This document shows, one piece after another, positions 38,492-52,926 of a DNA stretch of 64,000 bases; positions within the stretch are counted from its first letter, which is position 1; every line of letters starts with the position of its first letter. The notes under the pieces were generated by a model. That model saw only the letters and a list, made by a program, of their open reading frames with translations, did no database searches and had not been told where the DNA came from. The translations under genes were made by a program, and so were the position numbers. Source of the stretch: Utricularia gibba (lineage: Eukaryota; Plantae; Magnoliophyta); NCBI GenBank assembly GCA_002189035.1, contig NEEC01000020.1, positions 1,116,001 to 1,180,000 of the forward strand, written 5' to 3'.

Positions 38492-38971
38492 GTTCAAGGA
38501 CGTAAATGAGGCCTCGTCCAGCAGCAGAGCTCAAGGGATCGCTGGACGAGATCTCGCAAGGGGAAATTCCCTTTTGAGGAAAACTGGCCGACCCAAATGG
38601 GATAATGATGTAATTGCATAATTATTGCTATGGCAGCAAGGTACAAATGCAGTACATGGACCTCCCTCAACTCAAACAAGCACACTGGATCAGCATAAAA
38701 TGGATCATGGCAATCGAGCTTTTTGTCTGCAGCAGAAAATTGCTTTATTTAGCTTCACCTGAAACTCGGGTCTCATGATTTCTCCTGGTGTGTATCATTC
38801 ACAAAGACTAGGGTTACACACCTCGTATAATTCATGTTTTGATATATGGCCTGAAAGCAAAAGAAAACCTTCAGCCTCCGTGAATAGAAGACAACAGATG
38901 CACATACATACAAGCTGCTACTCGGAAGAAATTAAGTGGAACCTAACCAACGACCTTAATGTATCAGACAG

Positions 38972-41900
38972 CTAAGAAAGCTCAAACCCCGCATTTGAAT
39001 TGATGGCATATAAAAGCTTTGCTCTCAAAGTGCTTGCACGACTGTAAGTAGGAAGCTGTGCAAGATGGAGTCACAATAACAAACAATATGTTATTTTTAA
39101 TTAACTTCTGGCTTTTTTCTGCTTATTGATTGGAACGGCAAATGGCATCATGAAGGCACCTTTAATGTGTTATAACATGTTGAAGATGATGGAAGCCGGT
39201 CCACATCTTGTCCCCCAAACGAAGCCCAAAGTGGAACATCGCAGATTACCTGCAACAACTTCCTAGTTATTGTGCAGTGTGTTCATAATTCTTTCATAAT
39301 TTTAATATATCAGATGAGACTGAGACATTTGCTGGCACTGTTTTGGGGTTCCCCTGATTTATTATCAACCAAAGTTCAACTTGACAATTAACAACAACTA
39401 CCTTATGGATGGTAAAAGCTGGCTGAAGATGTTTGAACCCAAGCAATGGTGCACGAGAACAGCTTGTTACGAACTTGAGAAGCATGCACCGTTCTCTTGG
39501 TTCGAATCCTGCAAACACCTAGGAAGAACCCCCCGAAAAGGAAAGTTGAATCATTTTGCCACCATAATGTTAGCAACATTTAGACAAAAATAACCTACTG
39601 AACTCCATGAGCAACCACCTAGGGGGTTTTACCTCCCAAAATAACTTAACCGTCCGACTGCCTTCAGTATACCCTCCAGTATATTGAGTGTTCCTCCTCA
39701 AGTCATCAACATCAATGTCATGCTTCCCTCCGGATAACAACTTTCAGAAACAAACAGTCATAACTATGTAATCAACATGAAAGGATGATAAGAAATGACA
39801 TGTGCAATAAGACAAGCAGAATCAGCTAAGTTGACATTCCGTGCAAAGATGATCATAAACCACATTCCAATTGACAGTTTATATTCTGAATGAACGGAAA
39901 AAAAACCTATTTTATATGATCTTCTCCAGGAAGCAAACTGATCCAGTGGGTCAAGTGTTTTTGAAAACACAAATACAAATATAAATGCAAATACCTGGTT
40001 AAATTCATTCGCATTGAATAGCTTCAGCCAAGATGGAGATATTAAATCCGTTAACCCCAGATAAAAGGCATTAGAAAAAGGAAGTACCTAGGAGGAAACA
40101 AGAGCAATAAGAAATAAGGACCCATATTTTAGGAACACAACCATAAATATACCTGTCGGTTAAGTTTATAATCTGCCATGCAATGAACATACTGCAATTT
40201 GTTGTCATTAGTAACACAGATATCCTTGCCCCCAGGCTTGAGTTCAATGACATGTCGTTTTCCTAATGACTCTTCAGTAACAGTGAAATCCAATGAAAGA
40301 TCTTTCACATCACCGTCATAGTGCTGCATGCAATATATTATGGGAAATCAGAATACTCCATAGGCAACCTCCAGAATCTAATGCATGCAAGGGAAGAAAT
40401 ATCATCTAAGAGATCACTCAGACACCACTGAGACTTTCCACGAGTTATATAATTTAATTATAATAATGTGTAAGTGTTTACTTTAAACTTCAATATGACA
40501 GTGGTACTCACCTTCACATACATGAGATTCCTATAAAGCTCTGGATCAAGAGTCGCAAGTTCATCCAGAAAACTATACCGGCCCAGCACTTTCTGCACAA
40601 ATACATTAGAAAAATAGAAGTCCAGTAGGATTCCTTCATAGAGAGCTTTGCCAACAATTCTTCCAATAAAACCAATCATCTGTAAACCGTTGTCCAAATA
40701 TCTTGCAACAGTATTTGGCATTAGAAGTCTCTCAGAAGTTGACGTCTGGGAGAATAGCCCATACCTAAAAAAGCATGCCATACTTTCACAATCCAATAAA
40801 TTTAATGGGGTCAGACTTCAGTAAAACATCATGAGTAGGAAAATTGTTACTCTGGTGAAAATGCAGATTTTGAAATGTCTGTCCAAAATTCCTTTGACAA
40901 CCCACCATAGTCAAGGCCAGCCTCCGGGAGCCCAGACTGGCCAACAAATGAAACATGAATTTTGGACTTCAGCCTGGAACCAAGTGAATTCAGCTGTTGA
41001 AAACCATCTTCGAGAAGATGATTACGACGAACAACTATCTCAATAGAATGTGAACCATGTCCAATGCCTTCCCCAGACATTCTTCTTGACACCTTGTCCA
41101 TGCTGATAAATTCTCTGAACATTTTTACCCTGCCAAATTTGGCATTTTTCCAGACAAATTAATCCGATAACAACAAGCAGACACATGAATAGGCCATGGA
41201 GGAAATTAGATGTGTATTTTCATCATCAATGCTAAAACTAGCCCAAAGTGCGGTCTCTACCTTTCATCAAATGGGAATACATGCGGCAAGGTGGTAATAA
41301 GGGAACCCAATCTTGAGGATTGCTCTGCGTTGGAGAATCCTTCACACACCCCAGCAGCAATAGAAATTGGAATCCTACTGGCTTTTCCTGGAGAAAGCCA
41401 CAAAGATGAATAACAGAATTGCCTCCTACAGTCCCGTTCATACAATAGATGTAGGCAACGAATTGCAGAATTCAGAAGGGCTGTGTTCTTGACTGTGATG
41501 ACACGGGACAGGGAATTGTATGCAAGTGTGTTCACCATCGATGCAATTTTTCTTTGATGCTCCAATGTAAAAGGTGTCTAATGAAAAGAAAAAAAATGCA
41601 GTATCACATTATACCACACATACATAAAGAATCTTCAGAGTTGGGAAGTACAACGCGAACGAACAAAAGAAAGTATAACTGACCTGCTTTTCATAAAATT
41701 CCACATCATCGAGAACTAGCAATAGATGTGAATAGCAAGAACAGAAGAGAAGAAGCAGACAAGAAATGTCCTTTCCTAAGCCTTCACTGCCTTGCCTTAG
41801 GTTCTCAATGCAAAACTCATCAAAGAGGTGTTCCTCATTATTAAAAGTATTAGACTGGCCGCCAAGTGAATCCACCAATAAGTTTTCTTCTGTTGACTTG

Positions 41901-44098
41901 CCAGTAATTTTATGGAGCATATTCACCCACTTGCTCATTTTATTAGCGTTAAACTTGTTTTGCCCTCTCTGAGAACGCTCATGCCCTTTATTACCAGTGG
42001 CATCTGCGTGAAATGCTTCTGTATTTACAGCAGTACTCTTTTCCTGAAACAAATGTTTTTCTATTTCAGCCCACAGGCTGAAAAGAAATCCAGGAGTGAA
42101 AGACAACAGATTGAGGACGGGCAAGGACTTGGGGACAGGATTCAATATCATACACAGGCGAAGAATTCCAGCATAGAACTTAGCTATGGCAAGCATCCCA
42201 TAATTATGATTGGTCAGTGAGTGATTACCACAGTCAAATTTATAAGAATCTTCTTGAAGATCCAGGAGTCCTTTAAGATGCCACTGTTGCCACACTGGAC
42301 TCAATATGTCTATATAGGATGGGAACCCACCTACTTCTTCATCCATATGAAAAATAAACTCAGCATGTGTATCATCATTACCGTGGATATCTCCATTTCT
42401 TATTCCAAACTGACTTTTTTTCTCCAAAGAAAGCAATAATGCATCTGTGAAAAGAGTAACTACTCGGAGATATGATGCAAGATTCAGGCCATCAGTGAAC
42501 TTTCCAGAATCCAGTGCACTCACGTTGAACCCTGTTCCAAGGTACACTATGTTGGCAAGGGCCCAACCAATAGGTGGTAGATGACTGCCGTTATCTTCAT
42601 GCTGATCCATCTCCATTATTTCCTTTGAAATCTTCTGTATTGAGGACTGTCATCACCTGCCATGGTTTGATAAGTCACCAAGTTCTTCAAGAAGGTAAAA
42701 GGCCTTAAAAAAGAGCTATCAAATATTTTGGCATAATATGTATAATGAACTGGTAAGATTAAAATAATAAACTACGAATCTTCCAGAGAAGTTACTTCAA
42801 AATTCACATCATAAAAAGGCAACTTGTTTCGAAGGAGAGATATTTGTGGGTCGGATCATAATAAAAGTACAAGCTTTGACAATGTCAGCTAAATCATACC
42901 AGCGATAATTCAAGGCATGGTGATATCACTGACGTGTGTCTGAATGCAGGTATAAGCATGGTAGGCAAACGATGAAAGAACCAAGGTATTGTAAGTAGGA
43001 ATACATAAAAATTCTCTACAATGCCCCCCAACACGTCATCATCATTCATGTCCACACCACTCAGATGGAATGCTCGTAAAGATAATGTTACTGCACTCGC
43101 TACCAACAAAAACCTCTCTTCTTTCTGATTAGGAAGCCCCTGCAAAGAAAAAGGAGCATCCAACTTGCACAAAAATTTCCTAATGCATGGATACAATCCA
43201 CCTCTTTTGCTGCCAACAACCATTACAACATTTTGTACAGCTTCATTTAAATCCCTAGGAACACCTCCAGGCATGCATTTCCAACCTTTGGGATCAGTTA
43301 AGAGAACACATAATCGCATTGCTGTTGATGTGAGAATAACATCCTGAATCCTTTGACGGGAGGGATCAAACCATGACAAAACAAACAAGCATAAAGAAAT
43401 TAATTTCTTGGTTTGATGAAACCATGCCTTCCTTTCCTCAGCATTCCCAATTGCCAGTAAACAAAAACCTTGATTTTTTCCTGCAAGCAAGCAGTATTAG
43501 AAATAAGAGCATCGAAAACAGAGAACCAAAATATTCTAGTGGCCTTACCTTTAGAAACCATATCCTCTATCATGACTCCGAAACACCTTATCATACACTC
43601 AGCATCCCGATCTTCAATATTACCAAGTCTTACGGATAAAATATGAATAAAGAAAAAAAAAGGCCTTAAGACTTTTTGTGATATCTGCACCCCAGATAGA
43701 GCACCCTTATAAATGCGCATCTCCCTTTCCCAGTCGTCACGAAGTATCAATGCCACCGACTTTATCTCATGATACCGCCTCCAGATCCTCTGATTGCAGG
43801 CCAAAGTAGTTACCGTAAAAAAACAGAGCTGAAAAGATATCTGATTAACAACAAGATTATTGCGCCTTTCACCTGAATGAGCGACACAGCCGCTGCCACT
43901 CTCCTGTTGTAGTTCCGGAGCTCTCTTTCTTGACTAAACTTCTCCAAAAGGGCATCCCGCGTTATCTCCTTGGCGCTAGCTCCACGAAGCGAAACCTGAT
44001 CAACAATTTAAGTTCAATTATCACCCAATTCACAAAAACAAAATACATAAAAATCAATCGGAAAATTTTAACACCAGGTGTTCACGAGGTTCATTCAT
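38972..44098 (-). CDS. UPL7: HECT E3 ubiquitin-protein ligase UPL7 (UBE3B/C-like), multi-exon
   Basis: 24-nt first exon 44098-44075 (MNEPREHL), then [25 protein letters not shown] and an IQ-like IQRIWR. HECT exons are in phase: [58 protein letters not shown] with the catalytic Cys, ending [14 protein letters not shown]. No frameshift found; one internal acceptor near 42630 is uncertain. Confidence 0.93.
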
Positions 44099-47000
44099 CT
44101 TCCTTGATCAACCGATAGAGTAGAAAAAACCACAACAGCGAACACTAGAAGAACAGGTATTCCAAAATCCAAACACGCTTCTCCCATAAATCAGTCAACT
44201 CCATTGGGATAGTTCGCCATCATAATCGAGAGCCCCTCCTTCCAACGACGACGGCGAAGACAGTATGCGATTTGCTTGGTAATTCTTCAAAATCATAGTC
44301 AAATAACAAGATATTTCGATATTCTAAATTTTTTAAAATAAAAATTATGTTTTTTTATATTATAATATTTTTTAAAATTATTCTTTTAAAAAAAACAGTT
44401 ATAAACGTAATCTTCGTTTCCTCGTCATCCCACCACTTGATACAAAGTTCAATAATAAAACATTACTTTTAGATTTAGATTAGTAGAAGTGTATATGGAT
44501 TTAATTTATTTGATTATATATAAATAGAAATTATATATTTAAAGAACAGAAAAAGAATTTAATATATGTGTTAAAATTATTAGAATTTATTTTGATCAAT
44601 CCCATAATATATATACACATCTATTTTTAAAAAATTGCTGTTAAATTTTTTAAAAAAAAACAAAGTTTACAAAGAAAAAAAAACAAATACTATGATTTAA
44701 TTTATTAAAAATATTAAATATATATTATGATCGTAAATATACCACGTGAACACCATGATTATGATCGTAATTGTTATATAATTCATTAGATTTTCCTGTT
44801 TTTAGAATGATTTATGAAATATTAAATAATATGATTGATTCTAGAAATATAATAATAAGGTAATAAAAGTTAACTCACAAACAAAAATCATAGATCTTTT
44901 CGCAAAAAAAGATTTCATTTGATTGTGATGAAGAAAAACGAAAATTGGGTAGAAGTTCTAAAAACTTTAGAGAGAATTATTCAGCTTTATGGGATGTGTT
45001 TTTAATTTGGATTTAATAACATTAAACAGACTTGAGACAAGTTTATGGAAATCAAATATTGTCATACTCCTTTGTATGACATCATATATTTCTAATATAC
45101 AATCTTCACGATTTTACATTTTTTATATATTTGATCAATACCTTACTAAATGATTACCATTACCCATGATCAAACATGTTTAATTTTAGAATGCGTATCA
45201 AGAATCCTCCAACATGCTTGGAAAAAGATCATGTACAAAGTTTGGGTAATCATTTTACTTAAATTTTTTCTCTTACTATCCCATTGGTAACCAATGTAAA
45301 ATTCATTTAAGATGATTTTGTCACTCTTTCTTATGCAGGGCCTTATAACAAATAAGGTGAGAAAATTAGTAACCTGGAAAAAATAGAAAATTTGAGAATG
45401 TTCTGTTCATTCATCAAAGAAAAAATTTTCATTAAAAATATTTAAAAAATGAAATAAGAGCACAAATGAAGTTATATGAACTCTAGAGGAATGCTTCTCC
45501 TTCTTTATATGATCTACTTTGCTAAAAAAATTAATTCTTATTTTCTTTCTTTCTTCTTATAAAGGTGGGTGAATAAACAAGACTTTTCCTTTTTACTGTA
45601 TTTTTCTAACCATATCCCCTCTTAGCGACAAGATATGCTCTTATGTTGACGAGAAGCCACTGATACTCATCAAACAGTCGGACTTGATAAGGTGCCAGAT
45701 GAAACCTGCACCTCATTCGGACAATCGAAGGGAGAGATCCCTATCAGTCTATCAGACACGTATTAGGTTGATATCTAGTGAATGAAGGCATGTCGGGCGG
45801 ACCATTCTTTCTTCCTATTAACTGCACAAATTTTGCCCATGCCACTGGATGACAAGGAGCATAGCGGATCTTCATGGGATTAAGAGGATCTCTTACAGGG
45901 AGCGAAGGTTATTTTCCTTTCCCATAACACTAGTCCTTTGAGCTCCAAATGAATATTGGTTCTGCTGCAAGATTAACTTCATTGCCAGAAAGAAGTTTCT
46001 TAGATGAGATAATGAAGCATTCATCGATAGAGGTTGCTCATGAAAGGAGGATCTTTTATCTGCAAGAGCTATCATGGAAACTAATCACATGAGGCACTTA
46101 AGACAGCATCTGAATAATATATTTTTTATAGCTCTGGAAAAGAAGCTCCATGATTATACCTAATTATACATTTTCAAGTTTCGAGACACCGTTTTGTCTT
46201 CCCATCCTTTAATAGGGACAAGTTTCAGAATTTCCATTGTAGTGCTTCCCTAATTTTCTAAAAACTCTCTCCATGACTATAGTTGAATCCTCAACATCCT
46301 ACTCGTATGACAATAGGGTTAAAGGGGCTAGTGTTATAGGAGAACTAACAAGGTAGTAAGACTGACACATACATGTATATATACATTAAAAAAAAAAAGC
46401 AACAACAAATTTGTGAAATGAGGAGATATATAAAAGGAGAAATATGAGTTTTAGCAGATTTAAAACGCCATCACGTATAACAGGTATCTAAAACACCATC
46501 ATTGATGGTGACTTCTCTAAGATGCCATCAATCATATCGCCACTCGTTGCACATGCCAAAGCATCATTACTAATGTTGCATAATATTATTAATATAATAT
46601 TTTCCACTTGGGCATGGAGAGTGAGGCCAAATGTTGAAATCTTTATTTGATAATAAAGACCCATGGTCATGTCGGAGAAAATAAGGGACAAGTGTTGGAA
46701 TCATGTGAAAAAGGAGATTTGAAGAGAAGAGAGTGGGGAGAAATGATCGAGAATGAAAAGAAAGTAACATGCGCATCAAGAAGAAGGAATGTAGTGTGTA
46801 AGTTGCTCAATTATGATCCCTGTTAAGTAGCATTAATTAATGAGTTTGGAAGTCCATGAAATTCCATCCCACTGATGTAGAAGATGAGATGTATGTTGTC
46901 CTTGATGGGTAAACGTGTGTATGGTTGCAGGAATTACATAAATTACATAACTCGGTTACCTTAGCAGTAGTGTAAATGGTGGAATTTCAATCTAACTTGA

Positions 47001-48095
47001 TTTAATATCGATCTAAAAATTGACGGATTTTAAGGAAAATTTTTTAAATCATTAGAAGGATTGGAGCCAATTAAAATCATACATAAATAAAGATAAAAGG
47101 AATGATTGACTATGATACTCAAATTTTTATTCTTTTTAGGTGCATGAGCTATTTATGAATTTTATACGATTTTTTATTTTTAAAGATTGAGCTTTTTCAC
47201 TGTCTTATTTGATCATTTTTGTAGTTTTGATGTCTGGTTTCCAAAATAAAAAGAATGGTTTTGTTTTGAACTTTGAGGAAAGAAATATATTTTTTGCAAG
47301 AAAATATTACTTGAAAGAATTTACTTTCAAATATTTAAAAAAAAACCATATTTTTTTTTAATGAATGATACCTTGTATGTCTTTTTTTGTTTTGAATGAA
47401 AAACTCTTCCTTGTAGCTTGTAAACACGTAAGAATCAGGCATTTTCATAATGTATAAGTAGTTTTATATGATATGGCATAATGCTTTTGGTAAGTTAAAG
47501 ATGGATTTGTTAGTCCATGTTGCGTAAGGTGCACTACTCAATCCGCTAGGTTGGTTGGTTGGTTGAGGGGGGTTGGTACACAACATGAGGTAGATTAAAG
47601 GGTTTGGAGAGTGTTTTTCCAAAAAGAATCACAACAAAAGATGAGCTACTTTTGGAAAATAAATAAATAAATCAATATTCTGTAAAATTTTTAGAATTTA
47701 TTTTTATTTTTTTATAATTATTTTAAAAAAGTAAAAATAAGAATTAAAAGTAATCTATTTTTTTATTTTTTTAAAAATAATTTGTGTAGTACAATTTTAA
47801 AAGTATTTTTGATAAAATTATTTTTATCAATTAATAATATTCTAAAACAAAATTATTTTTACTTTTTGAAAATTAGAAATAAACTTTAAAAATTTTTCAA
47901 AGTAATGCTTAAATACATCAAATAAAAGTATTTTGACTTGTCGCAGTCCGTCTTTTTTGAAAAATATGAAATAATAATAATAGTAAGGGGAACAACCTTG
48001 AACGAAGTAGGTTGGTTGGGTTTTATTTGAGGCTCCTGCCCAGCACCCACCCTCTGCAGCCTGCCTTCTTCCTGGATCCGGGAGCTACTCTTACT

Positions 48096-50402
48096 ATGCA
48101 GAGCGCCGCCATCGCATTCTCGCCTGCTCCTTCTCTTGCTCCGAGTAATCGAAATCTCTTTCTTACTCGCCGCTACTCGCATTCCGCTCAGCCGCTGCAT
48201 GCCAATTCGGCTGCTAAATTATGGCCTTCCCGGAAATCTATGTGTTCCCTGAAGCCAGGTGGTTGGATTGTGAGCCCCACTCCGGAATATGTTGAACCCC
48301 GATCAGATGCGGTTGTGGTTCGGGCCGCAGCTGAGAATGCCAGCGCGGCGGAGATACCGAAGTCTAAGAGTTTCGCGGATACACTGGTGCTTGGGTCGCT
48401 GTTCGGTGCTTGGTATCTCTTTAACATCTACTTCAATATCTACAACAAGCAGGTGATCATTTCATTCCGTTGCCTTTTTTGGGTTCCTTTTGTTTTGCTT
48501 TGTTTCTTTTAAATGATATGTCCGCTAGTGGTGGTAGACGTGATGAAATATCTTTATTGGTGATGGATAGTTTCACTTTAAATTTAGTTACTTTGTAAAT
48601 CTGGAAAAATGGACGTCTGTTGGCGTGAGACAAGTCCAAAAGTGGCCTTGTTATTTCTCGGTTTTAGGGAGACAATTGTGATGGTTCTGTTGAGCTGAAT
48701 ACGATAGATCTGCAATCAGAAAGTGTTTTTTTTTTTGTTGGATTTTCCTCTGTTGAGCTGTTTTGTTTCTATGATAGGTTCTTAAGGCCTTTCACTACCC
48801 AATGACGATCACTAATGCACAATTTGCCGTTGGTACCACACTGGTTTTATTCATGTGGACCTTCAATCTGTACAAAAGGCCTAAAATCACTGGTCCCCAG
48901 GTACTTAGAACTATTTCAGTCGGCAGTTAAGCTTAATAATCATAAAGTTGAATACTGCGACCATTATGGCAGCTTGTTGCTATACTGCCTCTAGCAGTAG
49001 TGCATACCTTAGGTAACCTCTTCACCAACATGAGTCTTGGAAAAGTGGCTGTTTCATTCACTCATACAATCAAGGCCATGGAACCTTTCTTTTCAGTTGT
49101 TCTTTCTGCCTTATTCCTTGGGGAGGTATTTCTAATTCTCATTTTCCTGTTTCAGTCATTGAAAGTATTTAGAGAGTTGAAAGTGATAATGCTCTCTTAC
49201 TTGATGGCCATCTGAAATTAGTCTTTAGAGAGTTGTTTTAAACGTTCATTTCTTTACTAACTCATTGGTGTCTAGTTGCCTACGCTTTGGGTATTTTCTT
49301 CACTCCTTCCAATTGTTGGTGGCGTAGCTTTGGCATCAATGACTGAGGCATCTTTTAATTGGTAAAGATGCATATTTTTCTGTCTTCTGACAGAAAAAAG
49401 TTGTTCAACACTTTCACAGAAATGTATTTTTATTTCTATAGGGCTGGTTTTTGGAGTGCTATGGCATCAAATTTGACAAACCAATCCCGCAATGTTCTCA
49501 GCAAAAAGTTCATGGTCAAGAAAGAGGTGGGTAGATATTTTCTTACAAGGTTCTTCCTAATTTCATTCACTTCACTTTCTCTTGTTTTAGGAATCCTTGG
49601 ACAACATCACTCTCTTCTCAATAATTACAATAATGTCGTTCTTCTTGATGATTCCTGTCACCTTAAGTATGGAAGGTGTCAAATTCACACCTGCATATCT
49701 TGAGGCTGCTGTAAGTTTATTCCAAGAAACTGGACCATTTGATCGAAAAGCTTTTTTGGGGTGTTTATTATGATCTTTTGGATTCTCAGGGTGTAAACCT
49801 CAAGGAGCTTTACACAAGGTCTCTCCTAGCCGCCCTTTGCTTCCATGCTTACCAGCAGGTTCTTGAAAAACATCCTTCTCTTTCGTGCTGTGTTACCATT
49901 ACGTATCATATCTTTTGTCTCAGTGCCTTTGTATTTGATAGTATATTTTTCCATGGATGATCTATGGGAAAGGTCAATACATACCTGTGTACGGTAGATA
50001 TTGAGACTGATGCCAAATAGTGGTTCCGAAGTGAATTTCTTGCGTTAAAATAGTTCAACAAAGTTCCTGTATTTTGCTGTGCAATAAGCCTCATAATTTC
50101 CCTGGACAGGTTTCTTACATGATACTGCAGCGAGTATCTCCAGTCACCCATTCTGTTGGAAACTGTGTTAAGCGGGTGGTAGTGATCGTCACATCAGTTC
50201 TATTCTTCCGCACGCCTGTTTCGCCCATCAACTCCATAGGTAACACACATCGCACATGATTCTCTCACTCTCCCCTGACTTTGCAGCCTGAAATGCATTG
50301 CGCATTATCCATCTCTGTGTTGCAGGTACTGGAATAGCCTTGGCTGGTGTATTCTTATACTCGAGAGTGAAACGAATCAAGCCGAAGCCAAAGACAGCTT
50401 GA
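48096..50402 (+). CDS. PPT1: Plastid phosphoenolpyruvate/phosphate translocator 1, 9 exons, 399 aa
   Basis: Exons 48096-48452, 48778-48900, 48973-49125, 49276-49361, 49442-49526, 49591-49710, 49790-49858, 50110-50239, 50326-50402 sum to 1200 nt in frame. Transit peptide, [48 protein letters not shown], ending IKPKPKTA. Confidence 0.93.
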
Positions 50403-51474
50403 AGCATTTCAGATTCACGTGGTCATGGGAATTTTGTGGTTTTTTATGTAGAAGCAGTCTAAATGATGTATCCACGCGCGGGTAGTGATGTCTTCTTGTG
50501 CTTTCACTTCTGAGTTTTCCTTCGAATTGAATATGAAATATTTTGTGATTGGTAGTTAGCAGAAATTCTGCTAATTGTGTTTTATTGTTTTTTACTCAGC
50601 ATTTGATTGATGAAGTATTCAATATTCTTAAGCTTGGGAGGCTTCCTCCCAAAATTTTGTTTAGTGCTTTTGGAACCTATCATGGAGAAAGAGAAGTAGT
50701 CTTTAAAAAGAGGTATTGATAAGTGATGGCATGATAAACGTTTTACCTATGAGGAACAAGCTCAAAAAGAGGTTGCTTGTTCAAACACATGCTCGACCAA
50801 AAGGAAAACAATGTTGAACTAACATCCCTTTGTTGGGCTCCGCTAAGGAGTTCTTGCTGGGTCAGATTTATTTAGCTAAAGCCCAAGTCAAGCTGACCAG
50901 TTTTAGCAAGGATCCAAATCAAATTGCATGTTTCCAACTAACCAAAAATGGAGGAAGTGGAAACTGCTATAGACTCAATGAAGAGAGAATTGGAATGAAG
51001 TGTCGTCAGTGTGTGCAGACAGCAATTTGTCTTCAAGATCTTCGTAAGCTATGATTTTCATCTAGATTGCAAAGTGAAGAGTGAGTAGATGAATTTCTCT
51101 TGCTGATCATGTTGATTGTAATGTGTGTACGAAATCTTTTTAATGAATTCCCATAGTTCGGGGAGCGTGGCTCGAACCCAAGTTTCTCCCTTTGCGAATT
51201 TCTTGGCTAAAAGTCTTTGTGTTTTGTTTGATCTAGTGCATTCAACATAACAATAAAAGTACGAAAATTCCTAAAAGTGGCATCAGAGATGAGGACTGTT
51301 GAACCTTGGCACCATGGAAGAAACTCATGGAGTGCCCTGGCTGACCTGACCACCTTGAATCACTCCATCTGGAGAGCTCGGATGAAATATGTTCTTGTAT
51401 GTAAGCAGCTATGGAAACCAGTGTCACATGTGTGAATGAAGCTTCTGATCCACGCGGTAACGCGGAGAGGGTGA

Positions 51475-51977
51475 CTAGTTTTCTGTCCATGTGCGCTTGC
51501 AGTCGGTGCAGGTGTAGAACACAGTCATGGGTTCATCAGCAGACCTTGTCTGCACTTGTGTGAACGTAGCTTCTCCATGGCCACAGTCAGGGCACGTTGC
51601 TACGCAGTGAAGAAAAAAGAAACAAACAAACTGCATAGTCAGTTCAATTTCAGTGTAACACACATTAGCAGGAGGATTCATGATTACCCTGAGTTTTGTT
51701 CAAGTTCCTGCGGTCGTCATCTGTAAAAATGGGATCAATTGGTTTCTTAACCAACCGCATCTGCTTCTTTATCTTAACCTGCATCACAATGCGCACCTCT
51801 CAGGTATCAACAAGTACCTACCACCCTATCAACAAAACCCAGAAAATGAATGGGGGGCATTACCTTGCCTTCTATGTGGCATACGTAAGGACATGTAGGA
51901 CAATAGAATCTTGCAGCACGGCCCATGTGGGGCAACTCGTAGAGCAACAAATTAGCACAAGTCGGGCAGAACTCCAT
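51475..51977 (-). CDS. NRPC11: RNA polymerase III subunit C11/RPC10 (TFIIS-like zinc ribbons), 109 aa
   Basis: Exons 51977-51864, 51778-51688, 51599-51475. MEFCPTCANLL..FYCPTCPY, and C-terminal CPDCGHGEA.FTQVQTRSADEPMTVFY.C.DC..W. Confidence 0.9.
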
Positions 51978-52307
51978 TCACAAAAGATATTGCTTCCACC
52001 TTCAAATGCTTTTAGATAACAAAGGGGAATGAATGCAATCAAAAGAAAAACAGCAAACTAGAAACACGCGTCTGCCCAAAGGATCCTGATGTCCTGAAGA
52101 AGATCCTTTCAGTATATTAGAAGATGAAGCGAATGCTTATACAGATTGAAAAAGAGATCAGGAAATTCCACTCCCCGGCACTAAAATCACACAAAAAATA
52201 GGGAGAAGGCAAGGCCGGTGCACCTGAGCGATCAGCCGGCGTTGACAACAGATTACTCACAAAATGAAAGACAGAAGGTGAGAACTGAGAGGTGACGGAG
52301 AAGCATT

Positions 52308-52338
52308 TGGGCCTTTAATTTCGGTTGCCCTCAGCCCA
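52308..52338. promoter_or_regulatory. Pair of site II (TGGGCY) motifs upstream of the Pol III C11 gene
   Basis: TGGGCC at 52308 and AGCCCA at 52333, at the GC/AT transition upstream of the gene. Typical of TCP-regulated housekeeping promoters. Confidence 0.4.
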
Positions 52339-52926
52339 CCACCTCAAATTAGGGTTGACTAATATTTGCATAATTTACAAGGTTTTTTTCGGTGATTATG
52401 AAATCATACAAAAAATCTCACTTCACATTAGAGTGTTTATGCGAAAATTATTTGATTTTCCAATTTTAAACTATCAATTTTTGAATAATTGTTACCTAAA
52501 AGAAAAAATAATATTTAATTTTTTTGACATTCTTCTTTAACTTTTACATCCACCACAAATAGCAATAAAAAAAAAATGAATCGAAAGACGAATATGATAT
52601 TGGTAAAGATTCGTGAAGTGGTATTCAATAGATCTGTAACAGTTTTGTTTTCAAATAGATTGAGATAAGAGGTAGAAGGGGAAGACGTGAGATGTGTTTA
52701 TGTAAACCAACCCCTCCCCGCTCCTCCCTCCCTCCCTCGATTATGTAAATCTACAATAGCATGTTTTAGGCATGTTTATGAACAGTAATCGAGTTTACAG
52801 TAACCCACCTACAACTCACATATCACACGTGAATTTACTAACAAATCCACTTGAAAATCTACTTAAACTCACGTATAAAACACGTCCTAAGGATAAAACT
52901 ATATGAATGAATGTATGAGAACCATT

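Noticed and set aside
52078-52112. AAAGGATC..GATCCTTT hairpin containing TGATG and CTGA in the C11 leader
   Set aside because: Spacing is far too short for a C/D snoRNA, and the motifs lie antisense to the gene.
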